Origin: TPA_inf: Saccharomyces
Lineage: Eukaryota
Reading direction: 5' to 3'
NCBI GenBank assembly: GCA_000146045.2
Contig: BK006941.2
Location: forward strand, 608,001 to 672,000
Length of the DNA: 64,000 nucleotides
Shown here: piece after piece, positions 54,358-64,000 of the stretch
Position numbering within the stretch: the stretch's first letter is position 1
How the letters are laid out: every line of letters begins with the position of its first letter
The notes under the pieces: generated by a model
What the model saw: the letters and a program-made list of their open reading frames with translations, nothing else
Database searches by the model: none
Told to the model about the DNA's origin: nothing
Made by a program: the position numbers and the translations under genes

Positions 54358-57300
54358 ATGGCTACAAGTGTTAAAAGAAAAGCATCTGAGACTTCTGACC
54401 AGAATATTGTTAAAGTGCAAAAGAAACATTCCACACAGGACAGCACAACTGACAACGGATCCAAAGAAAATGATCACAGTAGTCAAGCCATCAACGAGCG
54501 TACCGTGCCCGAGCAAGAAAACGACGAAAGCGATACTTCACCTGAAAGTAACGAGGTCGCTACTAACACTGCTGCGACTCGCCACAATGGAAAGGTTACT
54601 GCAACAGAGTCCTATGATATTCACATAGCTAGAGAAACGGCTGAATTATTCAAGTCTAATATTTTCAAGTTACAAATTGACGAATTACTGGAGCAAGTGA
54701 AGTTAAAACAAAAACATGTTCTGAAAGTCGAAAAATTTCTACACAAGTTATATGATATTCTCCAGGAAATTCCTGATTGGGAGGAAAAGTCATTAGCTGA
54801 AGTGGACTCCTTCTTCAAAAACAAGATTGTTTCTGTTCCATTTGTTGACCCCAAACCTATTCCTCAAAATACTAATTATAAATTCAATTACAAGAAACCA
54901 GACATCTCCTTAATTGGCTCCTTTGCTCTTAAAGCTGGAATTTATCAACCTAACGGCTCTTCCATTGATACTTTACTAACAATGCCAAAGGAGTTGTTCG
55001 AAAAAAAAGATTTCTTAAATTTCAGGTGCTTACACAAGAGGAGCGTTTATTTAGCATACCTAACCCACCACCTATTGATATTATTGAAAAAAGATAAATT
55101 AGACTCATTTTTGCAACTCGAGTATTCTTATTTTGATAATGATCCGCTTTTACCAATTTTAAGAATTAGTTGTTCCAAACCAACGGGTGATTCTCTTTCT
55201 GATTATAACTTTTACAAGACCAGATTCTCTATCAACTTGCTTATTGGTTTCCCATACAAAGTCTTTGAACCAAAAAAACTGTTACCCAATAGAAACTGTA
55301 TTAGAATAGCACAAGAAAGCAAAGAGCAATCTTTACCAGCCACTCCTCTTTACAATTTTTCAGTGTTATCTTCTTCAACACATGAAAACTACCTGAAGTA
55401 TTTATACAAGACGAAGAAACAAACAGAATCTTTTGTTGAAGCTACTGTTTTAGGTAGATTATGGCTGCAGCAACGTGGGTTTTCATCCAATATGTCGCAT
55501 TCTGGTTCATTGGGTGGATTCGGTACTTTTGAATTTACTATCTTGATGGCAGCGTTATTAAACGGTGGTGGTATAAATAGTAACAAGATATTACTTCACG
55601 GGTTTTCATCATACCAATTGTTTAAAGGTGTAATAAAATACTTAGCCACTATGGATTTGTGCCACGACGGCCATTTACAATTTCATTCTAATCCAGAGAA
55701 TTCCTCCAGTTCACCAGCTTCTAAATATATTGATGAGGGTTTCCAAACTCCAACCTTATTTGATAAGTCAACCAAGGTCAATATTCTTACAAAAATGACT
55801 GTTTCTTCTTATCAAATTTTGAAAGAATATGCCGGTGAAACATTGAGAATGCTAAACAACGTTGTTCAAGACCAATTCTCAAATATTTTTTTGACTAATA
55901 TTAGCCGTTTTGACAATTTGAAGTACGATCTGTGTTACGATGTACAGTTACCTTTGGGTAAGTACAATAATTTAGAAACTTCTTTAGCTGCTACATTTGG
56001 GTCAATGGAAAGAGTAAAATTTATTACTCTGGAGAATTTCCTCGCCCACAAGATTACAAATGTTGCAAGGTATGCATTGGGCGATAGAATCAAATATATC
56101 CAAATTGAAATGGTTGGTCAAAAGTCCGATTTTCCAATCACCAAAAGAAAAGTGTACTCTAACACAGGAGGTAACCATTTCAACTTTGATTTTGTAAGAG
56201 TAAAATTGATTGTTAACCCCTCTGAATGTGACAAATTAGTCACCAAGGGCCCTGCTCATTCTGAAACTATGTCTACAGAAGCAGCCGTTTTTAAGAATTT
56301 TTGGGGAATTAAATCTTCCTTAAGAAGATTCAAGGATGGCTCCATCACCCATTGTTGTGTTTGGTCTACATCCTCATCAGAGCCCATCATTTCCTCAATT
56401 GTTAACTTTGCATTGCAGAAACATGTTTCAAAAAAGGCACAAATATCAAATGAGACTATCAAGAAGTTTCATAATTTCCTACCGTTGCCAAACTTACCCT
56501 CAAGTGCTAAAACATCAGTTTTGAACTTGAGCAGCTTTTTCAACTTAAAGAAATCCTTTGACGATTTATACAAAATAATTTTCCAAATGAAGTTACCGCT
56601 TTCTGTAAAATCAATCTTACCGGTTGGCTCTGCATTTAGATACACTTCCTTATGCCAACCAGTACCATTCGCATACTCTGATCCAGATTTCTTTCAAGAC
56701 GTCATTTTGGAATTTGAAACCTCACCTAAATGGCCAGATGAAATTACTTCCTTAGAAAAGGCTAAAACAGCTTTTCTTCTCAAAATTCAAGAAGAATTAA
56801 GCGCTAACTCTTCAACTTATAGGTCGTTTTTCAGCAGAGATGAATCCATCCCATACAATTTAGAAATTGTAACCTTGAACATCTTGACACCTGAAGGTTA
56901 TGGATTCAAATTCAGAGTTCTAACTGAACGTGACGAAATCCTTTATTTAAGAGCTATAGCGAATGCTAGGAATGAGTTGAAACCAGAATTGGAGGCCACA
57001 TTCCTAAAATTTACTGCAAAATATCTGGCTTCCGTAAGACATACTCGTACTTTGGAGAATATATCTCATTCGTATCAATTCTACTCCCCTGTGGTAAGAC
57101 TATTCAAAAGATGGTTGGACACTCATTTATTACTAGGTCATATAACGGACGAATTAGCAGAGTTGATTGCCATTAAACCTTTTGTTGATCCTGCACCATA
57201 TTTCATTCCAGGTTCTCTTGAAAACGGTTTCCTCAAAGTGCTTAAGTTTATAAGTCAATGGAACTGGAAAGATGATCCATTGATTTTAGATCTAGTAAAA

Positions 57301-58071
57301 CCAGAAGATGATATAAGAGATACATTTGAAACAAGTATTGGAGCTGGCTCAGAGCTAGACTCCAAAACGATGAAAAAGCTTTCTGAAAGATTAACCCTAG
57401 CACAATATAAGGGCATTCAAATGAACTTCACGAACTTGAGGAACAGTGATCCCAACGGTACACATTTGCAATTTTTTGTTGCCTCTAAGAACGATCCAAG
57501 CGGTATTCTTTATTCATCAGGTATCCCACTACCCATTGCTACAAGGCTTACAGCATTAGCTAAAGTAGCCGTGAATCTTTTACAGACACACGGTTTAAAC
57601 CAGCAAACTATCAATCTTTTATTCACGCCTGGATTAAAAGATTACGATTTTGTCGTTGATTTGAGGACACCAATAGGTTTGAAATCATCCTGTGGTATAC
57701 TTTCAGCCACAGAGTTCAAGAATATAACTAACGATCAAGCCCCATCGAACTTTCCAGAGAATTTGAATGATTTAAGTGAAAAAATGGATCCAACATACCA
57801 GTTAGTGAAGTATTTGAACTTGAAGTACAAGAATAGTTTGATTTTATCAAGCCGCAAGTATATAGGTGTGAATGGTGGAGAGAAAGGAGATAAAAATGTC
57901 ATCACAGGGCTAATAAAGCCACTCTTCAAGGGAGCCCACAAATTTAGAGTAAACTTGGATTGCAACGTTAAACCAGTGGATGATGAGAATGTGATTTTAA
58001 ATAAAGAAGCCATATTTCATGAGATTGCTGCATTCGGGAATGACATGGTTATAAATTTTGAGACAGATTAG
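54358..58071 (+). CDS. UTP22: SSU-processome / 90S pre-ribosome component Utp22, 1237 aa
   Basis: Acidic/Ser-rich N-terminus followed by a large Nrap-family body. The length matches Utp22. Confidence 0.9.
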   Translation: MATSVKRKASETSDQNIVKVQKKHSTQDSTTDNGSKENDHSSQAINERTVPEQENDESDTSPESNEVATNTAATRHNGKVTATESYDIHIARETAELFKSNIFKLQIDELLEQVKLKQKHVLKVEKFLHKLYDILQEIPDWEEKSLAEVDSFFKNKIVSVPFVDPKPIPQNTNYKFNYKKPDISLIGSFALKAGIYQPNGSSIDTLLTMPKELFEKKDFLNFRCLHKRSVYLAYLTHHLLILLKKDKLDSFLQLEYSYFDNDPLLPILRISCSKPTGDSLSDYNFYKTRFSINLLIGFPYKVFEPKKLLPNRNCIRIAQESKEQSLPATPLYNFSVLSSSTHENYLKYLYKTKKQTESFVEATVLGRLWLQQRGFSSNMSHSGSLGGFGTFEFTILMAALLNGGGINSNKILLHGFSSYQLFKGVIKYLATMDLCHDGHLQFHSNPENSSSSPASKYIDEGFQTPTLFDKSTKVNILTKMTVSSYQILKEYAGETLRMLNNVVQDQFSNIFLTNISRFDNLKYDLCYDVQLPLGKYNNLETSLAATFGSMERVKFITLENFLAHKITNVARYALGDRIKYIQIEMVGQKSDFPITKRKVYSNTGGNHFNFDFVRVKLIVNPSECDKLVTKGPAHSETMSTEAAVFKNFWGIKSSLRRFKDGSITHCCVWSTSSSEPIISSIVNFALQKHVSKKAQISNETIKKFHNFLPLPNLPSSAKTSVLNLSSFFNLKKSFDDLYKIIFQMKLPLSVKSILPVGSAFRYTSLCQPVPFAYSDPDFFQDVILEFETSPKWPDEITSLEKAKTAFLLKIQEELSANSSTYRSFFSRDESIPYNLEIVTLNILTPEGYGFKFRVLTERDEILYLRAIANARNELKPELEATFLKFTAKYLASVRHTRTLENISHSYQFYSPVVRLFKRWLDTHLLLGHITDELAELIAIKPFVDPAPYFIPGSLENGFLKVLKFISQWNWKDDPLILDLVKPEDDIRDTFETSIGAGSELDSKTMKKLSERLTLAQYKGIQMNFTNLRNSDPNGTHLQFFVASKNDPSGILYSSGIPLPIATRLTALAKVAVNLLQTHGLNQQTINLLFTPGLKDYDFVVDLRTPIGLKSSCGILSATEFKNITNDQAPSNFPENLNDLSEKMDPTYQLVKYLNLKYKNSLILSSRKYIGVNGGEKGDKNVITGLIKPLFKGAHKFRVNLDCNVKPVDDENVILNKEAIFHEIAAFGNDMVINFETD

Positions 58072-58340
58072 AATAAACAACAAAATCATAACTTTTAGAA
58101 GTATCTGTATAATATTAAATAATTAAAGCAGCCGGCAGTTTACATAAAGAATATTTTTCTTTAATTCTTTTTTTTAGATGTGGTCCTTTCGGCGATTTGG
58201 CACAAGTTAACTTAGTATTTTTAAAAGTTTTGAATAGTACTGCTGTGGCGACGCTCAGAATAAAGCTAGGTAAACGATTTGAACGCCTCAACTAGCACTA
58301 TTTGATAGCATTTTGGCTGCAGAAAATATACAAAGACCTT

Positions 58341-59825
58341 ATGAGCTCTGAAGAGGACTATTTCGATGAGCTCGAATATGACCTTGCCGATGAAGTTAAT
58401 GAGGAAAAAGAAGACATACAAACTAAAAAGCTCACTACGGTAAATTGTCAAACAGAAAAATTCAATCCATTCGAAATTCTTCCGGAAAGTATAGAATTAT
58501 TCAGGACGTTGGCACTCATCAGTCCTGATAGGTTATCTCTATCAGAGACAGCACAGATTTTACCAAAAATTGTCGATTTAAAAAGAATCCTTCAACAACA
58601 AGAAATAGATTTCATTAAACTGTTACCGTTTTTTAACGAAATCATCCCCCTCATCAAGAGCAATATAAAATTAATGCACAATTTTCTAATCTCACTGTAC
58701 AGTAGACGTTTTCCAGAACTATCTTCATTGATACCATCACCATTACAATACTCAAAAGTGATAAGCATACTGGAAAATGAAAATTATTCAAAAAACGAAA
58801 GTGATGAACTATTTTTCCACTTGGAAAATAAAGCAAAATTGACCAGAGAGCAGATCCTCGTTTTAACAATGTCCATGAAGACGTCTTTCAAAAACAAAGA
58901 GCCATTGGACATCAAAACGAGGACGCAAATTTTAGAAGCAAATAGCATATTGGAAAATTTATGGAAACTACAAGAAGATATAGGTCAATACATAGCCTCA
59001 AAGATATCAATAATTGCCCCTAACGTGTGTTTCTTGGTAGGCCCGGAGATAGCAGCCCAATTAATAGCACATGCTGGAGGGGTTTTGGAGTTCAGTCGCA
59101 TTCCCAGTTGCAACATTGCGTCCATTGGGAAGAATAAGCACCTCTCACATGAGTTACATACATTAGAGAGTGGAGTACGACAAGAAGGATATCTATTTGC
59201 TTCTGACATGATTCAGAAATTTCCCGTTTCTGTCCATAAACAAATGCTTAGGATGCTTTGTGCAAAAGTATCACTAGCCGCAAGAGTTGATGCTGGCCAG
59301 AAAAACGGTGATAGAAATACAGTTTTAGCTCATAAATGGAAAGCCGAACTATCGAAGAAAGCTAGAAAGCTATCAGAAGCCCCGAGCATTTCTGAAACGA
59401 AGGCTCTACCTATTCCGGAGGACCAACCCAAAAAGAAAAGAGCTGGGAGAAAATTTAGGAAGTACAAGGAAAAATTCAGACTATCGCATGTCAGACAATT
59501 ACAAAATAGGATGGAATTTGGCAAGCAAGAACAAACTGTTCTTGATTCCTATGGTGAAGAAGTTGGTTTGGGTATGTCTAATACTTCTTTACAACAAGCA
59601 GTAGGAGCTACATCAGGTTCCAGAAGATCTGCTGGTAATCAAGCCAAGCTAACAAAGGTAATGAAGCACAGGATTTCTGAGGCTAATCAGCAAGCTGACG
59701 AATTCCTAATCTCCTTGGGTCATAATACAGAGCAACCGAATCTGTCGCCAGAGATGGTTCAAATGCACAAGAAACAGCATACTAACCCAGAAGAAGAGAC
59801 CAATTGGTTTTCCGGTCATGGTTAG
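58341..59825 (+). CDS. PRP31: U4/U6 snRNP splicing factor Prp31 (Nop domain), 494 aa
   Basis: Begins MSSEEDYFDELEYDLADE.... The ORF track starts 13 codons earlier, at 58302. Nop/Prp31 C-terminal domain and a basic NLS (KKKRAGRKFRKYKEK). Confidence 0.9.
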   Translation: MSSEEDYFDELEYDLADEVNEEKEDIQTKKLTTVNCQTEKFNPFEILPESIELFRTLALISPDRLSLSETAQILPKIVDLKRILQQQEIDFIKLLPFFNEIIPLIKSNIKLMHNFLISLYSRRFPELSSLIPSPLQYSKVISILENENYSKNESDELFFHLENKAKLTREQILVLTMSMKTSFKNKEPLDIKTRTQILEANSILENLWKLQEDIGQYIASKISIIAPNVCFLVGPEIAAQLIAHAGGVLEFSRIPSCNIASIGKNKHLSHELHTLESGVRQEGYLFASDMIQKFPVSVHKQMLRMLCAKVSLAARVDAGQKNGDRNTVLAHKWKAELSKKARKLSEAPSISETKALPIPEDQPKKKRAGRKFRKYKEKFRLSHVRQLQNRMEFGKQEQTVLDSYGEEVGLGMSNTSLQQAVGATSGSRRSAGNQAKLTKVMKHRISEANQQADEFLISLGHNTEQPNLSPEMVQMHKKQHTNPEEETNWFSGHG

Positions 59826-60188
59826 GGCTCTTCTACATACTTGATAATATTTAAAAAGATATTATATAGTAGTGACCGGCGAGAGCGTTTTCGCTCATAA
59901 ATTTCGTAAAAAGCCAAACACCACACGCTGCAACCCAGATGCCCTTTTTAGGAAATGTAATTATTCAAAAAGTAAACAATGACATGTTTCATTCCTCAAT
60001 CTAAATCATTCGAAGCTACCTTGATGTTGAAGCCCTCCGCTTGTTGTTTATTTAAAAATAAATACAAGGAGGCAATTCGTCCAAGTAAATTATTGTAAGA
60101 TAGAAACCTTGCTAAAGATAGAAACTAATATACCAGAAAAATTCAAGCAACATCTACAGTATTCCTTGCTAAAGAAAAATTCTTTAAT

Positions 60189-61907
60189 ATGCTATCAAAA
60201 TCAGAAAAAAATGTCGACCTCTTGGCAGGCAATATGAGCAATTTGAGTTTCGATGGGCATGGGACTCCTGGGGGCACTGGACTATTTCCTAACCAAAATA
60301 TAACAAAGAGGAGGACAAGGCCTGCGGGTATCAATGATTCACCTTCGCCGGTAAAACCATCCTTTTTTCCTTACGAAGATACTTCCAACATGGACATAGA
60401 CGAAGTATCTCAACCTGATATGGATGTCTCGAACTCTCCCAAGAAGCTTCCACCAAAGTTTTACGAAAGAGCAACTTCAAATAAAACACAGAGAGTTGTT
60501 AGTGTTTGCAAAATGTACTTTCTAGAACATTACTGTGATATGTTTGACTATGTAATTAGTAGAAGACAACGCACGAAGCAAGTTCTAGAATACCTGCAAC
60601 AGCAAAGCCAACTTCCGAATTCTGACCAGATTAAACTCAACGAAGAGTGGTCCTCTTACTTACAAAGGGAACATCAGGTTTTGAGAAAAAGAAGGTTGAA
60701 ACCAAAAAATAGGGATTTTGAAATGATCACACAAGTAGGTCAAGGTGGTTATGGGCAAGTTTATTTAGCCAGAAAGAAAGACACAAAAGAGGTGTGTGCT
60801 TTGAAAATTTTGAACAAAAAACTATTGTTTAAGCTCAACGAGACAAAACACGTTTTAACTGAAAGAGATATCCTAACCACGACAAGGTCTGAATGGTTAG
60901 TAAAACTTCTGTATGCATTCCAAGACCTACAAAGTTTATACCTGGCTATGGAATTTGTACCAGGCGGTGATTTTCGTACATTATTAATAAATACTAGATG
61001 CTTGAAAAGTGGCCATGCGAGATTTTACATCAGTGAAATGTTTTGCGCTGTTAATGCGTTACATGATTTAGGCTATACACATAGAGATTTAAAGCCGGAA
61101 AACTTCTTAATCGATGCCAAGGGACATATAAAATTAACAGATTTTGGTTTGGCTGCTGGTACGATTTCTAATGAAAGAATTGAAAGTATGAAGATAAGGT
61201 TAGAAAAAATCAAGGACCTGGAATTTCCAGCGTTTACAGAGAAATCTATAGAAGATAGAAGAAAAATGTACAACCAGTTGAGGGAGAAGGAAATTAATTA
61301 TGCGAACTCCATGGTTGGGTCTCCGGATTATATGGCTTTGGAGGTTTTAGAAGGAAAGAAATATGACTTTACTGTGGATTACTGGTCGTTGGGTTGTATG
61401 CTGTTCGAAAGTTTAGTTGGTTATACACCATTTAGTGGATCATCGACTAATGAGACCTATGACAACTTAAGGCGCTGGAAACAAACTTTAAGAAGACCGA
61501 GACAATCTGATGGGAGGGCAGCATTCTCCGATAGAACTTGGGATTTAATAACAAGATTGATTGCCGATCCAATCAATCGATTAAGATCCTTCGAACATGT
61601 TAAACGCATGTCTTATTTTGCAGATATAAACTTTAGTACTTTGAGGTCAATGATCCCGCCTTTTACACCCCAACTAGACAGCGAAACTGATGCCGGTTAT
61701 TTTGATGACTTCACCAGTGAGGCTGACATGGCCAAATATGCTGATGTTTTCAAAAGACAAGACAAATTAACGGCTATGGTAGATGACTCGGCAGTATCAT
61801 CAAAACTTGTTGGGTTCACTTTCCGACATAGAAATGGTAAACAGGGTTCCAGTGGCATCTTATTCAACGGACTGGAACACTCAGACCCCTTTTCAACCTT
61901 TTACTAG
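60189..61907 (+). CDS. DBF2: NDR/LATS-family Ser/Thr kinase of the mitotic exit network, 572 aa
   Basis: Kinase subdomains are visible (GQGGYGQVYLARKK, HRDLKPEN, DFGLA with a long activation-segment insert, GSPDYMALE) together with the NDR N-terminal regulatory region. Recognised as Dbf2. Confidence 0.93.
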   Translation: MLSKSEKNVDLLAGNMSNLSFDGHGTPGGTGLFPNQNITKRRTRPAGINDSPSPVKPSFFPYEDTSNMDIDEVSQPDMDVSNSPKKLPPKFYERATSNKTQRVVSVCKMYFLEHYCDMFDYVISRRQRTKQVLEYLQQQSQLPNSDQIKLNEEWSSYLQREHQVLRKRRLKPKNRDFEMITQVGQGGYGQVYLARKKDTKEVCALKILNKKLLFKLNETKHVLTERDILTTTRSEWLVKLLYAFQDLQSLYLAMEFVPGGDFRTLLINTRCLKSGHARFYISEMFCAVNALHDLGYTHRDLKPENFLIDAKGHIKLTDFGLAAGTISNERIESMKIRLEKIKDLEFPAFTEKSIEDRRKMYNQLREKEINYANSMVGSPDYMALEVLEGKKYDFTVDYWSLGCMLFESLVGYTPFSGSSTNETYDNLRRWKQTLRRPRQSDGRAAFSDRTWDLITRLIADPINRLRSFEHVKRMSYFADINFSTLRSMIPPFTPQLDSETDAGYFDDFTSEADMAKYADVFKRQDKLTAMVDDSAVSSKLVGFTFRHRNGKQGSSGILFNGLEHSDPFSTFY

Positions 61908-62387
61908 CGTAAAAATGAATTCTTGTCTTGCATTCGCCGCGATATAATTAGCTTTAACGAGCTTCATGCAAACTTTTCAACTAGCACCTATGAACGCTTT
62001 TTTCATAAATATACATATATATATATATAGTTGTGCATTACTTAGGACTTCAAGCCCATTGTTTAAAATCTCAGTTCACGGTAACGGTCCATCCCATGAC
62101 CGTTTTGAACTAAACTTAAGCATTCATGTTGGGAGCGGCGAAACTTGGTAATGTTTTACAGGAAAACAGCAATGACCACTATTAATCGAAAATCTGCAAA
62201 AAATGAAAAGGAATGGGTGTTAACATCAATTGTTTTTTCAATGATAATTACAAATTGGACTGATACTACATTGCTAGATGTACAAAAAACGCAAGGTAGC
62301 TCTCTTAGAAGGATCCATAATATATAAAAAAGGGCTTATGGTTTACTGATATCTTTTTCACTTCAAAAACTTACATATAAAAATAGG

Positions 62388-63911
62388 ATGACAAATGCAA
62401 AGATTTTAGTAGCTCATATAAGTGAAAGCGATGCCGATGAGGCTATCAGAAAGATCAAGAAAGTGAATGAAAAATCAGGGCCCTTTGATCTAATAATTAT
62501 ATTCAGTAACTCGTATGATGAAAATTTTGAGCTGAATACTGATGGGTTACCTCAACTAATACTACTATCGTGTGATAAGGCTAACAATTCGAAATCCAAA
62601 AAGATAAATGAAAATGTAACATTGCTGCATAATATGGGTACTTATAAATTAGCAAATGGAATCACTCTTTCATATTTTATTTATCCGGATGATACTCTTC
62701 AAGGGGAGAAAAAAAGCATACTGGACGAATTTGGCAAAAGTGAGGATCAGGTAGACATTCTCCTTACAAAAGAATGGGGCCTTTCGATCTCTGAGAGATG
62801 TGGAAGGTTGTCTGGAAGTGAAGTTGTTGATGAATTGGCGAAAAAGTTACAAGCAAGGTACCATTTTGCCTTTTCAGATGAAATAAACTTTTACGAATTA
62901 GAGCCTTTCCAGTGGGAAAGAGAGCGCTTATCGAGGTTCCTCAATATTCCAAAATATGGATCTGGAAAGAAATGGGCCTATGCATTCAATATGCCAATAG
63001 GGGACAACGAACTAAAGGATGAACCTGAACCGCCCAACTTGATAGCTAACCCGTATAATAGCGTGGTTACAAACAGCAATAAAAGGCCACTAGAAACAGA
63101 AACAGAGAATTCGTTCGATGGAGACAAACAGGTACTTGCTAATAGAGAAAAGAATGAAAATAAAAAAATTCGAACGATTTTGCCGTCAAGTTGTCATTTC
63201 TGCTTTTCAAATCCAAACCTCGAGGATCATATGATAATATCAATCGGCAAACTAGTGTATTTAACCACAGCGAAGGGACCTTTAAGTGTTCCTAAGGGTG
63301 ATATGGATATCTCAGGCCATTGCCTCATTATTCCCATTGAACATATTCCGAAATTAGATCCAAGCAAGAACGCAGAGTTGACACAGAGTATTTTGGCTTA
63401 TGAAGCTAGTCTTGTGAAGATGAACTACATAAAATTTGATATGTGCACGATTGTCTTCGAAATACAGTCTGAACGTTCTATTCATTTCCACAAACAAGTT
63501 ATTCCCGTTCCAAAATACCTCGTTCTAAAGTTCTGCAGTGCCTTAGATAGACAGGTTCATTTCAATAACGAAAAATTCACAAGAAATGCTAAGCTAGAGT
63601 TCCAATGTTACGATTCACACTCTTCCAAACAATATGTGGATGTAATTAACAACCAATCCAATAATTATTTACAATTTACCGTCTACGAGACTCCTGAAGC
63701 GGACCCAAAGATATATTTGGCCACATTTAATGCCAGTGAGACAATAGATCTGCAGTTTGGACGACGTGTACTAGCCTTTTTACTTAACTTGCCACGCAGG
63801 GTGAAATGGAATTCTTCAACCTGTTTACAAACTAAGCAACAAGAGACTATAGAGGCTGAAAAGTTTCAAAAGGCCTACAGGACCTATGACATTTCTCTCA
63901 CAGAAAACTAA
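62388..63911 (+). CDS. DRN1: CwfJ/Cwf19-like debranching-associated factor, 507 aa
   Basis: C-terminal CwfJ C1/C2-type HIT-like region (...HCLIIPIEHIP...). Position and length match YGR093W. Confidence 0.8.
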   Translation: MTNAKILVAHISESDADEAIRKIKKVNEKSGPFDLIIIFSNSYDENFELNTDGLPQLILLSCDKANNSKSKKINENVTLLHNMGTYKLANGITLSYFIYPDDTLQGEKKSILDEFGKSEDQVDILLTKEWGLSISERCGRLSGSEVVDELAKKLQARYHFAFSDEINFYELEPFQWERERLSRFLNIPKYGSGKKWAYAFNMPIGDNELKDEPEPPNLIANPYNSVVTNSNKRPLETETENSFDGDKQVLANREKNENKKIRTILPSSCHFCFSNPNLEDHMIISIGKLVYLTTAKGPLSVPKGDMDISGHCLIIPIEHIPKLDPSKNAELTQSILAYEASLVKMNYIKFDMCTIVFEIQSERSIHFHKQVIPVPKYLVLKFCSALDRQVHFNNEKFTRNAKLEFQCYDSHSSKQYVDVINNQSNNYLQFTVYETPEADPKIYLATFNASETIDLQFGRRVLAFLLNLPRRVKWNSSTCLQTKQQETIEAEKFQKAYRTYDISLTEN

Positions 63912-64000
63912 ACTAAAACTATTTCATTTAGAATTTCAAATATATCCAAATATATGTATATATATGTAGAATACTAAGTCATGCTACCTCTGAACGTTTA

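Overview
This window reads as native Saccharomyces cerevisiae nuclear DNA: a contiguous stretch of the chromosome VII right arm covering about 33 well-known genes in reference order, YGR059W (SPR3, 5'-truncated at the window edge) through YGR093W (DRN1). Gene order, strands and, as far as I can recall, the intergenic spacings match the S288C reference (window position 1 is roughly chrVII 608,001; this needs checking by alignment). Genes present are SPR3, ERG25, ADE6, COX18, SPT4, VHT1, GID10/YGR066C, YGR067C, ART5, ROM1, ENV11, UPF3, SMD1, PRP38, MRPL25, PEX8, PAC10, YGR079W, TWF1, SLX9, TOM20, GCD2, MRP13, RPL11B, PIL1, PDC6, CTT1, NNF2, a tRNA-Thr(UGU) gene, UTP22, PRP31, DBF2 and DRN1. I see no mobile element, CRISPR array, foreign island or engineered cassette. 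I therefore do not think the window holds an undescribed 'system'. What is worth a second look is regulatory and architectural: paired sterol-response elements upstream of ERG25, stress-response elements upstream of CTT1, tandem Rap1 sites upstream of RPL11B, a 6-bp convergent 3' overlap between the splicing-factor genes SMD1 and PRP38, and an unusually GC-rich 3' coding end of ART5. The most likely place for an unannotated non-coding element is the gene-free 2.6-kb NNF2-UTP22 interval, which holds the tRNA-Thr gene followed by a GC-rich, hairpin-prone block. There are also long poly(dA:dT) and (TA)n tracts, and several six-frame ORFs whose first ATG lies upstream of the true start (CTT1, TWF1, RPL11B, PRP31, GID10, YGR067C). 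All gene identifications come from recognising the translated proteins. No database search was run.
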